Source of the DNA: Podarcis bocagei
Taxonomy: Eukaryota
Assembly: GCA_964188305.1 (NCBI GenBank)
Contig: OZ076896.1
Strand: one strand, 5' to 3'
DNA length: 64,000 nt
The notes under the pieces are model-generated. The model saw only the letters and a list, made by a program, of their open reading frames with translations, had not been told where the DNA came from and searched no databases. Within the stretch, counting starts at the first letter, position 1. Every line of letters starts with the position of its first letter. Of this stretch, positions 40,203 to 53,473 are shown piece after piece. Position numbers and translations under genes: made by a program.

Positions 40203-40635
40203 TGTAATGGTTCTAGGGGTTGCTTGTGTGTAAATCAACGCCACCCTTGGCTGGTTGCCTGAATGAACCCTTTCTGTCTGGACAGCCACGCGCCCGTGGC
40301 TGTCTCAATCGCTGGCAGAATCCGTTAGTGGGCGTTTCTTGAACTTCTTCCAGCAAAGAAGCTCTTTGACGCCTAGTCTCCGCCTAGCTTCCCTGCGCGG
40401 AAGCCTCCTGCGCAGGGAGGGTGTGGGCATCGGAGGACCCGTGCTCTCCCCACTGGTTCCCGGCGAGGAGTCTTGGAGCCACCTCGCCGATTCCCCCATC
40501 TGCCCCCCTTCTCCACTGGTGTTACGCTGATTTCCTTCCCCAGAAGATGTGCTGCTTCTCTCCCTCCCGGGACGCTCTCCGGAATCCCTCTGGAGCCCTC
40601 CCTCTCCCTCTGGCTCCGATGGCAGTTCCCTGACA
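40203..40635 (-). mobile_element. Solo LTR (Gypsy-like), 433 bp, containing a 109-codon open frame
   Basis: TGT...ACA ends, perfect 5-bp TSD ACTAA (40198-40202 / 40636-40640), homologous over its full length to 60290-60723. Confidence 0.88.
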
Positions 40636-41145
40636 ACTAACTATATATTCACTGATTTTTCTGTGACAAAAAAGGAGACATGGACATATTCCTAATCATT
40701 GCACATTGTTGTTAAATGGGGGGTGTTGTTCCTTAAGGTGTTACAGAAGAGATCAGATTCCCATTACCATCTTTTCCAGATAAACTGGATCAGGTAATAA
40801 TGCCAAAAATAATGTGACTGACAAAGAAATAACAGCCAATAACTACAAGCCAATATAATCTATTCTACAGCGCACTCCTATATGTATATTCAGAAGTAAT
40901 CCACCTGGAATTCAATAAGATTATTCCAAAGTAAACGTGCGCAGGATTGCATCCCAAACCATTATAATATAATTAGTTGCAATTCAATTCTAGCTGCATT
41001 GTTATACCTGACTAGTAATTCTGGATGTGGACACTTTATGACAGTGTGAAATGCATCCATTAAGTTCATTGGTAAACAAATTAGCATTGCCATGCATATC
41101 CACATCAGCTGCATAAGATTCTCTTCATTGGATTGGGATGATATA

Positions 41146-41314
41146 TCGTATTTTTTGCACCATAACACTCACTTTTTTCCTCCTAAAAAGTAAGGAGAAA
41201 TGTCTGTGAGTGTTATGGAGGGAATGCCTACGGGTGGCATGCCTACGGATTTTCCTCCTCTAAAAACTACGTCCGTGTTATGGTCGGGTGCGTGTTATAG
41301 AGCGAAAAATACGG
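41146..41314. mobile_element. Tc1/mariner-type MITE related to 7354-7608
   Basis: TIRs tcgtattttttgcaccataacac / gtgttatagagcgaaaaatacgg, TA TSD, shared cctcctaaaaagtaagg core. Confidence 0.85.
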
Positions 41315-42914
41315 TACTAAAATGCAGTAACTGCTGACATTACGTTGAAAATTCACTCACAGATCACACCTTTTAAAAAATTGTACATGTAATATAAATA
41401 TAGGGTAAATTATACAAAATGGCTTAAATTGAGCAATGTAATAGCCCAGGTCACAACTGGGTTAAATTGAATGTCTGGAATTTAAACCAATCCAATCCAA
41501 TGGACTTTCCCTACTGCACTGGCACAACTGAAAGGAGGTTCTTCTTCACTCCCATTAAGTTCAATGGAAGCTTTCACAAAAGATACAGCTGAGTAGGAAA
41601 TCAGCAGAAATTCAAGTAACTGATTTGTATGAGCTATGGATTTGGCTGAGCAGCTTTTATGTAATAATTTTTCGGGTTTAAAATTATATATTACAGGGCT
41701 TAAGCAGATTTGCTAGTGTGATGCAGGGCTGTCATAAATCAGTGCAAGAGCAGATGTATGACAAATTTGCATGGTGTACAGATTCTGTCACCTCAGACAA
41801 ATAATGAATTACTGTGCAGCATCCAGACAGTGTCTTGCTCTACAAATAAGCCCCTCCACCTCCGAGAGTTTGGCAACCAATACCATTTGTATTTCATGCA
41901 AGTGTCAGATGTTATTTGAATCAAAATATTTAAAATGGACTTGTCCATGCAGCTGTCCACAGTACCGCTACAGATTTCAGTGCTTTAGAATGGATATTCA
42001 CAGATGTGACTTCTGGTGTCAAGGGCTGGAAAACTGGTGTCAGTGTGTACATATACATATTACACCCCCACATTAATCCAGCTACCATTAGAAAAGGGTT
42101 CACCTGAGGTGCACAAAATACATCAACACAGGCCAAAGTTAAAGGTGGATTATCTCATAGCTTTATGGCTTGTAGCAAGAATAAATGCACCGGTGGAAGA
42201 AATAACTGACTGCCGGCAATTTAAAAGGAATGAAATGAACCATGCAAAAAATGTACACAAAAAACTGCATTGCTAATTTGAGCATGAAATTGCCATGATT
42301 GGCTTCTCAAATTAGAGCTGCCAGTGTGAGACCTTCAGAGGATCTGGTTGCCAAATACTTTGTAATTTGCAGTTTACAGCAGGCTTAAAGGAGATCTGAA
42401 TATCAAGCATGAATATGTTTTTATGAAAGAGCAGGGAGAGATAAAAATAATAATAAAAGCCAAATACGCGCTCACACTTTTATCCATGTTCAGTTTATAT
42501 ATTATACCTTTGTTGAAGCAGCTGCACTGGCTGCCTCTGTGCTACCAGATCAGGTTCAATGTGGTGTTTTCTTTATACTGCTTTGATATTTTATACTGTG
42601 AGCTATTTATAAATCTTTTTAAATAAAAATAAAAATACATTGTATTGAGATGTTTGTATAGAAGGTGACTAATAAATTAATAACAATGCTAATGATATTC
42701 AGTGCTAATAATATTCTCCCAAAGTTTTCCTTCCCTTCTTTTCTCCAGTCTTCCTAATTCTGCAATAGGAAGACTACTCAAGGAAAGCAGACAAAAGTTT
42801 GGGATAAGGAAGGAAGCAGGGATGATGTCAGTGAAGTTAGATAGGGAGGAAAGGCTAAAGCAGAAGGGAGTGCAGAGATTGGGGACATGGGTTTTCTCAG
42901 TAAAAATGAACTCT

Positions 42915-43541
42915 GGTGCTCTGGTAACCTCTAGGCTAATGTAACCTTTAAGGTTAGATTACTGCAACAGAGGGCTGTCTCTGAAGATGGTTCGGAAACT
43001 TCAGATGGAGAAGAATTCAGCACCCAGGTTGGTCACCATGGCAAGATGGTTTGAGGATCTTACACTGATCCTGGCCCAATTAGTTTCCAAGCCCAATTAA
43101 GTGCTCGTTTTCACCTATATTGCCTTAAAAGGCTCAGGACTGCAATACCTCAAGCACTGCCTCTTCCTACATGAACCTACTCAGACCCTGTGATCATCAT
43201 CAGAAATCAATCTTCATGTACCTCCTCCGCAAGAGGTCCAGAGAGTAGCAAAACAGGAACGGGACTTTACTGCAGTGGCTCCCCATTTTTAGAATGTTGT
43301 CCCTGGCGTGGCTCACATGGTGCCTTCATTATTACACCTTCAGTTGTCAGGCAAAAACGTTCCTTGGCTGATTAACATCCCATATCCTTTTAAATGCGAT
43401 TGTGGGAGAGGGAATTATTGTTTCATTTTTGTTCTTGCTTTTATTGTGTATTTTGTGTTTTTATCTTGTCTTTTTATGCTGTGAACCACTCTGAGATCTT
43501 CAGATGAAGGATGGTATACAAATTTAATAAATAACAATAAT
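42915..43541 (+). mobile_element. Degraded L2-type LINE 3' end
   Basis: aggttagattactgcaac (RLDYCN) and ctgaagatggttcggaaacttcag motifs; 3' tgtgaaccactctgagatcttc...ggtatacaaatttaataaataacaataa tail. Confidence 0.7.
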
Positions 43542-46500
43542 GCCTTTTTGTTCACATATTATCAAATCCTTTTGTGATTCCTTCCACCTTTGAAATGAAA
43601 ACACTGCAGATGATACAATATGACCTTCCCTTCCTCAACTAATTTCCAAATCAGGAAATCAGGATATATTTTCATCATATCTGAATGAACATAGTCTGCT
43701 CCAACAATGTCTGGGATTTAGGTATGCAGCTTCCTAAACCAGAGGGTATTATTTCCATGCACATTCCCATCTCTGCAGTTCTGTCACTCATGCTCACTGG
43801 ACGTCAGAGAGGTCAGGTAGGAATGGTTTAGCAGCAGAGTGAGAAGAGGGGCAGACACTGAAGAAGCCAGCTGGCTGGGTGCTCTATAGGACAGGAGGGT
43901 GGAGGGGATGTACACACACAATAATAAAATTGAAAAAACATGGGGCATTTGGGTTGAGCCCTGGTCCTGTCATAGATCTGCTATAATGCACTGAATTTCA
44001 TCTGCCTCATTTTTTCCTTTATGACAATATATCAGTTTTGTTAAATAAAGAGATTTCAAGAAACAAAGATACTGAAAGTGTATGGCATGTTTTTAAAAAC
44101 CCAATTATGTATATTTCTTTGATTAAAATAATTATTGCTCTAGGAAGAAAGAAATCCTTATAGACAAAACAGATTGCAAATACTGCTAAAGCTAATTATT
44201 GGAAGTAAAACTGGATGTGTCTATGGCACAATGCCATATTTCTTTTGATTAGGAAGCTGAAATCTGGGTTACATTCTGAAAACAGGAAGGCATGGCAGAA
44301 ACTCTCAATTAAATAGTTCCCATATAAACACAGGAATTCCACTGCCATCAATCTCAGGAGTGTCAGGCAGGGCAAACTGGCTGAGTAACAAGATTTGTTT
44401 TGCTATAAGCAAAAAATAAAAGCACCCCACTCCCAAATTCATACATGGTTTTGTACTGCCTTTTCATGCTACTACCTTCTGCCTTCTCTTCATACCAAAG
44501 ATTATCACCCGCCTTTAAAGCTACACCAGTGCCAGTTTCAAATGAACTATGATATAGTAACAGCACATCACAAGGATATGGATTACCATCACGCTAAAGG
44601 AGACACTATTCACAAAATTAGCAGTTGCACGAATGACTGTTTAAAAGAGTAAACAGCAGTGAAAGGAGAAGGCAGATCAGGATCCTGATGGTAGGCTTTA
44701 ACCCACTCTCTTCTTGCAGTCCTGATCTAGATTGGAGTCCCACACCTATCTGCAATGGAAGGAAAGCTCCATTGGTGTGGATGTGAGTTTTCTTTCCAGT
44801 GCAAATAGCAGGCATAGAGCTATCTGGTGCTGAGGCAAAGACAATTCACTTTGCCTTGGGCTGCATGTGGGAAAGCTATTCCAGCTTTTTCTTCCTGCTT
44901 CATCCCTCCCTCCCCACCTTGCTGCTATATTTACTTATATAAAGGAAGTTAATTTCTGAAATATATTTACTTGGGATGCTCATATATTTAGTTTTAGCAC
45001 TCAAGTCAATTAATTTTCATGTCTAGCTGAACTCAAATCCTGATGCCAGGATTGGTTCATTAACCACATGGGGCAACACGTAGGATGGACAAATCTGTCA
45101 ATATCTGTTTCTCATTTTTCCAGTTTCAAATTCAGTTCTTCACATTCCTATAGCAGTTTGCAGGCTTTTAAAATCAAAAAGCCTTGTGAAAATTCATCAG
45201 TATTTTAGTGCAAATTTATTTCAATGTACACATTTTTGTGTGGTTTGGGCTAATACAAACACTTTTACAAGCAATTTTCCTAACAGAATGCCCTTTGTAT
45301 CCTGTTTTCAATAATATATTAATTTTTATGCACATTTTCCATTAACACACACATTTCTGTACACATTTTTGGTTGGAGAACTGCATCACAAATTTTGGAG
45401 AAGTGTGAATTTCAGTAGATAGGAGAACTTGTTTCAGAACTGTGGTATGAAAATTTCAATATTGAACTAAATAGATTATATTGGCAATGCTAGGAATGTC
45501 CTCAGTTGTTAGCACAACAGTTAAACAGAGGAACTGCCCAAGTTCCTTTATAAACAGTGTTGGAAAAGGAATACACATGATTGATTGGTTCTAATGGCTT
45601 CCTCTGCCTCATCTTTGATGTCATGAAACTTTTAAGAACCATCCTTTCCTTTGACAGAGTAAACAAACACAATATTCCCATCAACGTAATTTGCGTCAGT
45701 GAATCCTGTTGGCATTTCCACACTTCTCTTTTGTAATGTGAAATTTTTTTTAAGGTATCAAAATGATCTTTGAGATAGTGAGCTGGCACATCTTCAGCAT
45801 CAAAATTTGGACGGGGTCACTCTATGAAAGGAGAACAGCATTACCAGCCTGCCTGTGTCCAGGTCATAAGAAATAGCCTTCTCAGAAACGCACCTGTTTC
45901 TGTATAGAAGTGGATCCTACCATTTCATTATGTTTTACCATTGCAAGAAAATAAATATAAAACAACTACTTCAGTAAACAAAAATATTGTTATGCTAGTT
46001 GCCACTGCTGAGCATAAGATATTTCAGAGGTCTACATAGTTCCCCAATATTTGTTTGTTTGTTTGTTGCTGCCAGTGGGAAAACAAATGTGTTTGGTGTT
46101 TCCTTCAATTAGTGCTTGGAGCCCAACACGTCATCTTATGAAACAAGAGCACAGAACCAGTTCCACCCCCCCCCCTTTTGCACCAAATTGTCACATTAAA
46201 AAATGGTGTTATTATTTCTCCTAGCAAATGGATGAACTGAATGACTCTTGTAGCTCATTTGGTTACTAAAGACCTTATACCCTTTGGGAGAGGACATATG
46301 CCACCCCCGTGATCTGGGGTCATGACCATGGCAATGATCTTAACCTTCCTTCATGTATAAGGTCATGGGAAACTGTTGTAAATCATATTCCTCATCTTTC
46401 AGCTGGGACACAAAACACTGTCATTTCTTTGTTAATCAATATATGCCTTTCAGTGACCAAAGCTGGGGTGCAGGGATACTCTAACTGTCCTTGTTTTCCT

Positions 46501-46591
46501 AACTTCTCTCTCTCTCTCTCTCTCTCTCTATAATACAGATTCTATACAGTTGATATTTTTCCCTTTGGTGTTTTTACTATTTAAAGGTGGT

Positions 46592-46750
46592 GAGCTTCTG
46601 TCGCTTTGTCCCAGCTTCTGCCAACCTAGCAGTTCGAAAGCATACTAGTGAAAGTTCATAAATAGGTACCGCTGTGATGGAAAGCTAAACAGCGTTTCCA
46701 TGCACTTTGACATTCGTCACAGTGTCCCATTGCACCAGAAGCTGTTTAGA
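46592..46750 (+). mobile_element. Sauria SINE internal fragment
   Basis: gtcccagcttctgccaacctagcagttcgaaagca...taaataggtaccgct. Confidence 0.8.
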
Positions 46751-47060
46751 AGTGGCTAGTGTTTTTATACTGGGAGTAGATCTCAGTTTCTTGGGAGTTG
46801 GATATGCCTGCTCTAGAGTAATCTCAGTAACGTCTCATTGATTACACAAAACCAATATGCAAAAGTGAACTAATCTAAGGCATGCAACTTTCAAAAGCCA
46901 CTGTTTCAAAAGCCACAAGTATCTTATTCAAACATGAGAAAAGTACTAAACTTAGGCTGCATACACATTATACCTTCAAAGCACATTCTTCCCCTCAAAG
47001 AATTCTGCACACTGTAGTTTACCCCTTGCAGAGTTATAATTCTCATTGACCCCCTAACTA

Positions 47061-47435
47061 GGTAAAGGTAAAGGGACCCCTGACCATTAGGTCCAGTCGT
47101 GACCGACTCTGGGGTTGCGGTGCTCATCTCGCTTTATTGGCCGAGGGAGCCGGCGTACAGCTTCCAGGTCATGTGGCCACATGACTAAGCCGCTTCTGGC
47201 GAACCAGAGCAGCGCACGGAAACGCCATTTACCTCCCCGCTGGAGCAGTACCTATTTATCTACTTGCACTTTGACTACTTGCACTTTTGATCTACTTGTG
47301 CTTTCGAACTGCTAGGTTGGCAGGAGCTGGGACTGAACAACGGGCGCTCACCCCGTGGCGGGGATTCGAACCGCCGATTTTCTGATTGGCAAGTCCTAGG
47401 CTCTGTGGTTTAACCCACAGCGCCACCCGCGTCCC
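47061..47435 (-). mobile_element. Full-length Sauria SINE inserted in an older MITE (~46952-47533)
   Basis: ggtaaaggtaaagggacccc tail to cagcgccacccgcgtccc head; 16-bp TSD (47045-47060 / 47436-47451, 14/16 identical). Confidence 0.93.
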
Positions 47436-50367
47436 ACTAACCCCCTAACTACTATGCCCCAAATTCTTTGCTGGGGGATGGGGGTGGGAATGTGATTTGA
47501 ATGGACTTTAAAAGGTATAGTGTGTATATTCCCAGAGTTTATTTTAAAACCAGATTTGCAGACCCTTTTTAAACAATGAATGTTGAATTAACACACTGAA
47601 TTCTGAACTAAGCTTGGCAGGCTGAGCAGGCTGGTTACTGCTATAGTCAGAAAATCCCAGCTTGAGACTTGCTTGTCCGACAGTGGGAATGAATGACTGA
47701 ATCCAAATACTCAGAACTAACTGGAATATGAGGTTTGACTTGAACGGAATGCCTATGAAGGCATGCAGCTGGAAAACATTGTTCCAGAGCTGGTTATTCA
47801 TGTGGATTTTTAAGGAAAGACTCATGGGGAGGATACAAGATTTGGGCTGGCTCCTGCTCAAGGATATTTAAAATATCTATGTGAAGAACAAATTCCAATG
47901 CAATGTTTGCCAACTTATATACCTTTCTTACCATTGGAATGATTCAAAAGCATTTGTGTAAGAAAGCACTACTTTACAGAGAACAGTCCTCTGAAGGGCT
48001 AAGTGGTCCAATTCCACTTAAAATATAAAAGAAAGAGCAAGGAGAAGCACTGAGGCTGCCCATCAACAATTAGCACTTGGACAGCAGACTGAATAGACAC
48101 ACAAGGCCCCATGTCACTGTCTTACCCACTATTAGTAAGACCACTGTATTTCCATTTAAATTATAGTAATTATTTCTAAATTTACAACTATATAAATTAG
48201 CATATGTCAATGTTAGGCAAATCTGTATCCTTTTTTTATTTGTATGTGTGTGTTGCATTTCCTCTTTCTCAGCAAAGGCAAAGTGGCCACCCTAGGAAGG
48301 GAACATTAAAAGTCTTCTTCTGTGCCTCTCTATTTCAAAGATAATGGTTTTCAGATTCTGGTCTATCAGCATCACCACACATTGATGCTTCTTTTTACCA
48401 CACTTTCCCAAGCACAGAAATTCTCTGTTGAATCCAGAATGACGGTAACAAGAAAATAATGTTAGCTGAGTTGGTTTCACTGGCAGCTGATCTGTTATAC
48501 TCCAAACTGTATCAACATAGTATTTACAAAAAAAAAAACCCCTGTCTGAGGAACAAATGAAACATTGGGGAAAAAATAATCCTGCAGACAGATCACAAAT
48601 CCTGCTGAGTGATCAACAAGAATGCACTCCACCCTTTGGAAACCAGCAGAATGTTGAACTCACGGAATTAGAACATTCCCTGCCATGCTACATTCTTTCC
48701 TTTAGTGCTCCCACAACTCATTTACTTCCATTACAGCAGGCAATATACACTAACTTTTGATCCCTGGGCAATATCCTTCCCAAAGTAATTTGGAAACATG
48801 AATGGACAATGTGAAGGCAATATATGAACCATGCAGTTGTAATCTTGGACAAAGGACTTGTTTTAGCTTCAGACCTGTTTTTAACTCATCAGAACTGAAA
48901 CATGGAAAATAGAAACAGTTTTTGCCAAACAAATATACATATGAAATCAATATTACTATTTAATAATAAACAGATATATTACAAAATTATTTTTCTTAAA
49001 GAGCTTCAAGATCCCATTCCTGCTTGCCTTTTTATTTTTGTTTTTGTTTTGCCTCCATTGCCATTATTGTAGAAACCATCAACTTTAGTGATAGAGGTAT
49101 AGTGGGAAACCATAGGAAGGCAGGATAAAGATGTAGATTTTAAGATACAGAGTAGGCACGGTGGCCATAGCTAAGAGCACATGTGCACAATATCCACATG
49201 TGCACAATATCCACACATACCAAGTGTTTTTCTTTGATGGTATCTGCACACACACAAAAGAAGTAAGTTTAAGGACCAGTGCAGCCATGTGGGTTGCAGT
49301 GCCAAAAAGCAGTAACTTCACCCACAGTTATCTGGGGATTGTGCAAATGTGTGCAACAGGGTAGACTTCCATGTGTGTAATTTATTGGTAAAGATGGACA
49401 CCACTGATATCAGTAAACTGGTCCTCAGAAATTCCACTTTACAATATTTCCACTCTGAAACACTGTACAACTGAAAGGTATTATAGAACACTGAGAAGGG
49501 GCAGGAGTAAGTCGTTACACTGTACTTCTCTTCCACTTGACTTTATCCTTGCTTTATCCTACATTAACAGTCCCCTTCCAAAAGACTTTACTCCCGTCTA
49601 TTATTAGCATAAAGAAAGTTTAGTAGATGATCGTTGTAAATTTGTGATCTAAAAGCACACTGCAGTGTTTAATTAAGACCACTATATTTTTTACTGAAAA
49701 TCTGATTGCATAACATATATTCTTTTTTCTTTTCATAACTTGTAAGAAAAATATTGAAGATGAATACATCAAATGTAAAAAAAAATATTTTCATTAGAGA
49801 ATTTAGGTTCAAGTGTCATGGGACTGCAATAGTCTGTTTCATTATTAAAACAATTATTCCAAAGTAACTAAACCTACTCTTAAAGCCTTCTCTATTTTGG
49901 AAGTATTGTATCTTCAGTACAAAAATGTAGGAATTGGTCCAACTCTGACATTTTTGGATTGATTTACTTCCACAGGATCCAGTTAAAAATTACACATGAC
50001 ATATTCCATATGTGATGGTTCCAAAAAATTAGCAAATCCTTCCAAATATGGGGGCTTGGGGAATGCCTGTTGTTTCCACCAGCAAATGGAAACAAAAACT
50101 GTTTCTGATACTTGCTGAACAACATTTGTCTGTCACTGAATAGTACATTAATATCACTAAATTTACATGAAGCAGTATTTAATATAAGCAACTTTAAAAG
50201 AACAATGGAACAATACTATTTACTGCCTAGTTAAACTGATGCTCTTGTATTTAAGCTGACTGGCAACAAAAGCACACTTACCAAGGAAAACAGCACCACA
50301 AAAATCAATGTTAATTAGAGGCAAAAAATATCCCTCATCAGGAACCATCAAGAAGCTGAATTGCAGT

Positions 50368-50369
<2 letters not shown>

Positions 50370-50405
<36 letters not shown>
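50370..50405. repeat. (TG)n microsatellite
   Basis: Directly visible. Confidence 0.95.
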
Positions 50406-50407
<2 letters not shown>

Positions 50408-51132
50408 CTTGGTCCCAGTTGGTTTTCTGGAAGTCAGATGAACACAACAAATATACTTCAGAAGCTGAAATTTAGTGCTATTCAGAAAAATTCTCCCCTG
50501 TTTCTCCCCTTCTAAACCATTCTCTGCCAATTAATGAGCAAAGAAACTGCATTCAAACATTATCAAAGTGGACAGAAAATTTCAGCAAAATTCTGTTGGG
50601 TTGGGTACATGTTTTTTGTTGCACTGAGGTGGCTGAATAGGGCTGTCATTGCTTTCATTCTACAAATGTCTCCAGTCATTCTAGGTTTCTGCATTTCCAT
50701 AAAACACAGGGAAGACATCTAAAGGCCCACCTAATCCAGAATCCTGTTCTCAGTGGCCAACCAGATGCCTATGGGAAACCCAGAAGCAGAATGGGAGTGC
50801 AACAGCGCTCTCCCTGCTTGTGATTTCTAGCAACTGGTATTCAGAGGCATACTACCTCTGACAGTGGAAGTAGAACACAGCTCTGTCCTAAATAAATTTG
50901 TCCAGTTCTTTTTTAAAGCCATCCAAGTTGATGGCTATAGGGAAATGGTTCCCCCAGTCCCAGTTTAAAGAAACACAAATATCTAAACTTGTGTTTATAC
51001 AATTTTTAGCCTTCAGGGTCCACAGGACTTTTCCACTGACACCTATTCCCTTTGAATCCTTTCAAAGGGTGGAATTCAATCAATCATTTATTATGTGGCT
51101 ACAGACCCACTAACTGTATTCAATACAAGAGT

Positions 51133-52195
51133 TCATAGAATAACAGAATTGTAGAGTTACAAGAGCCCCGATGGTCATCTAGTCCAACTCTGCAATGCAA
51201 TAATCTCAACCAAAGCATCCGTGACAGATGGCCTTCCTCTGCTTACAAACCTCCAAGGAAGGAGAGTACAGAACTTCCCAAGGGAGTTCGTTCCACTGTC
51301 AAACAGCTCTTACTGACAGAAAGTTCTTCCAGATCCTTAGTCTGAATCTCCTTTCTTTGAATCCATTGGTTCAAGTACTAGCTTCCCGAGCAGGAGAAAA
51401 CAAGTTTGCTCCATCTTCCATGTGACAGTCCTTTACATATCTGAAGATGGCTATCGTATTTCCTCTCATTCTCCTCTTTTCCAGGCTAAACATACCCAGC
51501 TCTCTCAAGTGTTCTTCATAAGGCTTGGTTTCCAGAGCCTTGATCATCTTGGTTGCCCTCTTCTGCACACGTTCAACATTGTCAATATCCTTCTTAAATT
51601 GTGGTTCCCAGAACTGGGCACAGTACTCCAAGTGTGGTCTGACCAAAGTAGAATAGAGCAGTAGTATGACTTCTGTTGATCAGGAGTCTAGACTTCTGTT
51701 GATGCAGCCTAAAACACCTTTATGTTTTTTCACTGCTGTTAATTCATGTTTAACTTGTGGTCTTTTTACAGACCCTGTTCACATGTACTACTGAGAAGCC
51801 AGATGTCCCCCATCTTTTATTTGTACAGCTGGTTATTCCTGCCTAAGTGTAGAACCTGACATTTGCCCCTCTTGAAATTCATTCTGTTTAGGCCCAGTTC
51901 TGCAATCAGCTAAAGTTATCTTGAAGTCTGATTCTGTCTTCTGTGACATTAGCTGCCCCTCCCAGTTTGGTGTCATCTGCAAATTTGATGAGCATCCCTT
52001 CAATTTCTTCATCCAAGTCATTTATAAAGATGTTGAACAACAACAGGCCCACTTTTCCCCAGGATGACGAGGAACTATTAATCACCACTCTTTGGATTTG
52101 GTCAGTCAACCAGCTACAAATCTACCTAAAGCTACCTTGTCCAGTCCACATTTTACCAGCTTCTCTGCAAAAATATCATTGGAGACATCACCAAA
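51133..52195 (-). mobile_element. Degraded CR1 LINE 3' portion (RT C-terminus)
   Basis: ORFs give LFNIFINDLDEEIEGMLIKFADDTKLGG and [12 protein letters not shown]...[12 protein letters not shown]...[13 protein letters not shown]; ATTCT(A/G)TG-like tail at ~51133-51150. Confidence 0.92.
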
Positions 52196-52625
52196 AGCCT
52201 TACTGACTGCTCATTAGCCACACTGGCATCCTCTTGACCCTAGTGATACCTTTTATGAAATGTGATCTATACTCCAGTTGAGCAAATGATTGTGCTTTAA
52301 AATGACTCCCAAGCATTTTGAGAGATTTGATCCTCTTGACTTTGCCTTTCAACCTCCTCTTTACAAATGTTTTCATTTGGGGGAAGTTTCCTCTTTTGAA
52401 GTCAAGTGTCACCATGTTGGGTTTTCTTGGCAATTGGCCATTTGCATTTATGTTAATAGCACAATGGCCACTGCTCCCAATTGGTTCAACAACACTTGCA
52501 TGTCACTCCAGGTTCTGGGCATCTCTTAAGATTAAATTGAGGGCCACTGACCCTCTGGCTGGTTCCATGGACAACTGTTCCAAAGCATAATCATTTAGAG
52601 AATCCACCATTTTGTTATGACTGAA
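52196..52625 (-). mobile_element. CR1 ORF2 upstream (endonuclease/linker) fragment
   Basis: TLDFKRGNFPQMK..VKRRLKGKVKRIK resembles the CR1 LDF.KADF linker; abuts the RT fragment. Confidence 0.6.
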
Positions 52626-53473
52626 ACACAAATGTAGTCAAGTTATGTGAGAGTAGCTGAAGTCACCTATTACTACAACATTTCCTCTTTCAGATGCTTC
52701 ATTGATTTCATTCTGTATCTCAAGATCTTCCTGAGCATTTTGATCAGGGGAACAATAGCAAATCAAGAAAGAAAAAGTAGTAAGAATACTACTGTACTTT
52801 TATTTCTCTGCCACCAAAAGTGGCTGCCAAGAAGTAAATGAGTGACTGCTCCAGGCCCAACTCCAAATATCTTTTATAGCTTTACCTGAAAAGAAGCAAA
52901 CTAACAATTGTGCCAGAAGCTCTTGAGGACCACTTTAAAAATTACAGCTTTCCTTTATTTCTTGACACAAAAGGATCCACACTGCTGTCCTGCTAAATTT
53001 CAAATTAACAAAATAATAGTGTCATCTTTAGCTTGAAATTGCATGGTGAAATGTGTGCATCATTCAAAAGGGAAATTTAGAAAAGATTTGTATAAGTTGC
53101 CTTGGCACTGCAGACAGGAGCCTAGAGTTCAGTTGAGAACTAATGTAAAGGCTAAACATTGCAATATAGCTGGGTTTTTGCAGAGTATGAAAATTGGATA
53201 TGTGGGATTGGATTTTCATGTTACTATTTGTCAAGAGATGAAAAGTCTAATCCCAAAGAAGAGATTCATTAAAAGAAATAACTGAATGTGACTGTGCAAA
53301 TACACATTTAACTGTGTCATAAGTTCTGTTTTATAGCATACTTCTTAATTTGAGAAGACTAAAGGTTCATCTAGACTTCCTTTTGTGCTGTGTTTCTAGG
53401 CACAGGTCCGTGCTTTAAAGCGCCGAGTGCTTTCCCCCCCTCTTTTCTTTTTTTGCCCCAGCACTTTCCCTTA

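Noticed and set aside
40373-40636. Alternative open frames in the solo LTRs
   Set aside because: GC-rich sequence leaves several frames open, but they end at different positions in the two copies. The synonymous bias I counted belongs to the 40305-40634 frame.
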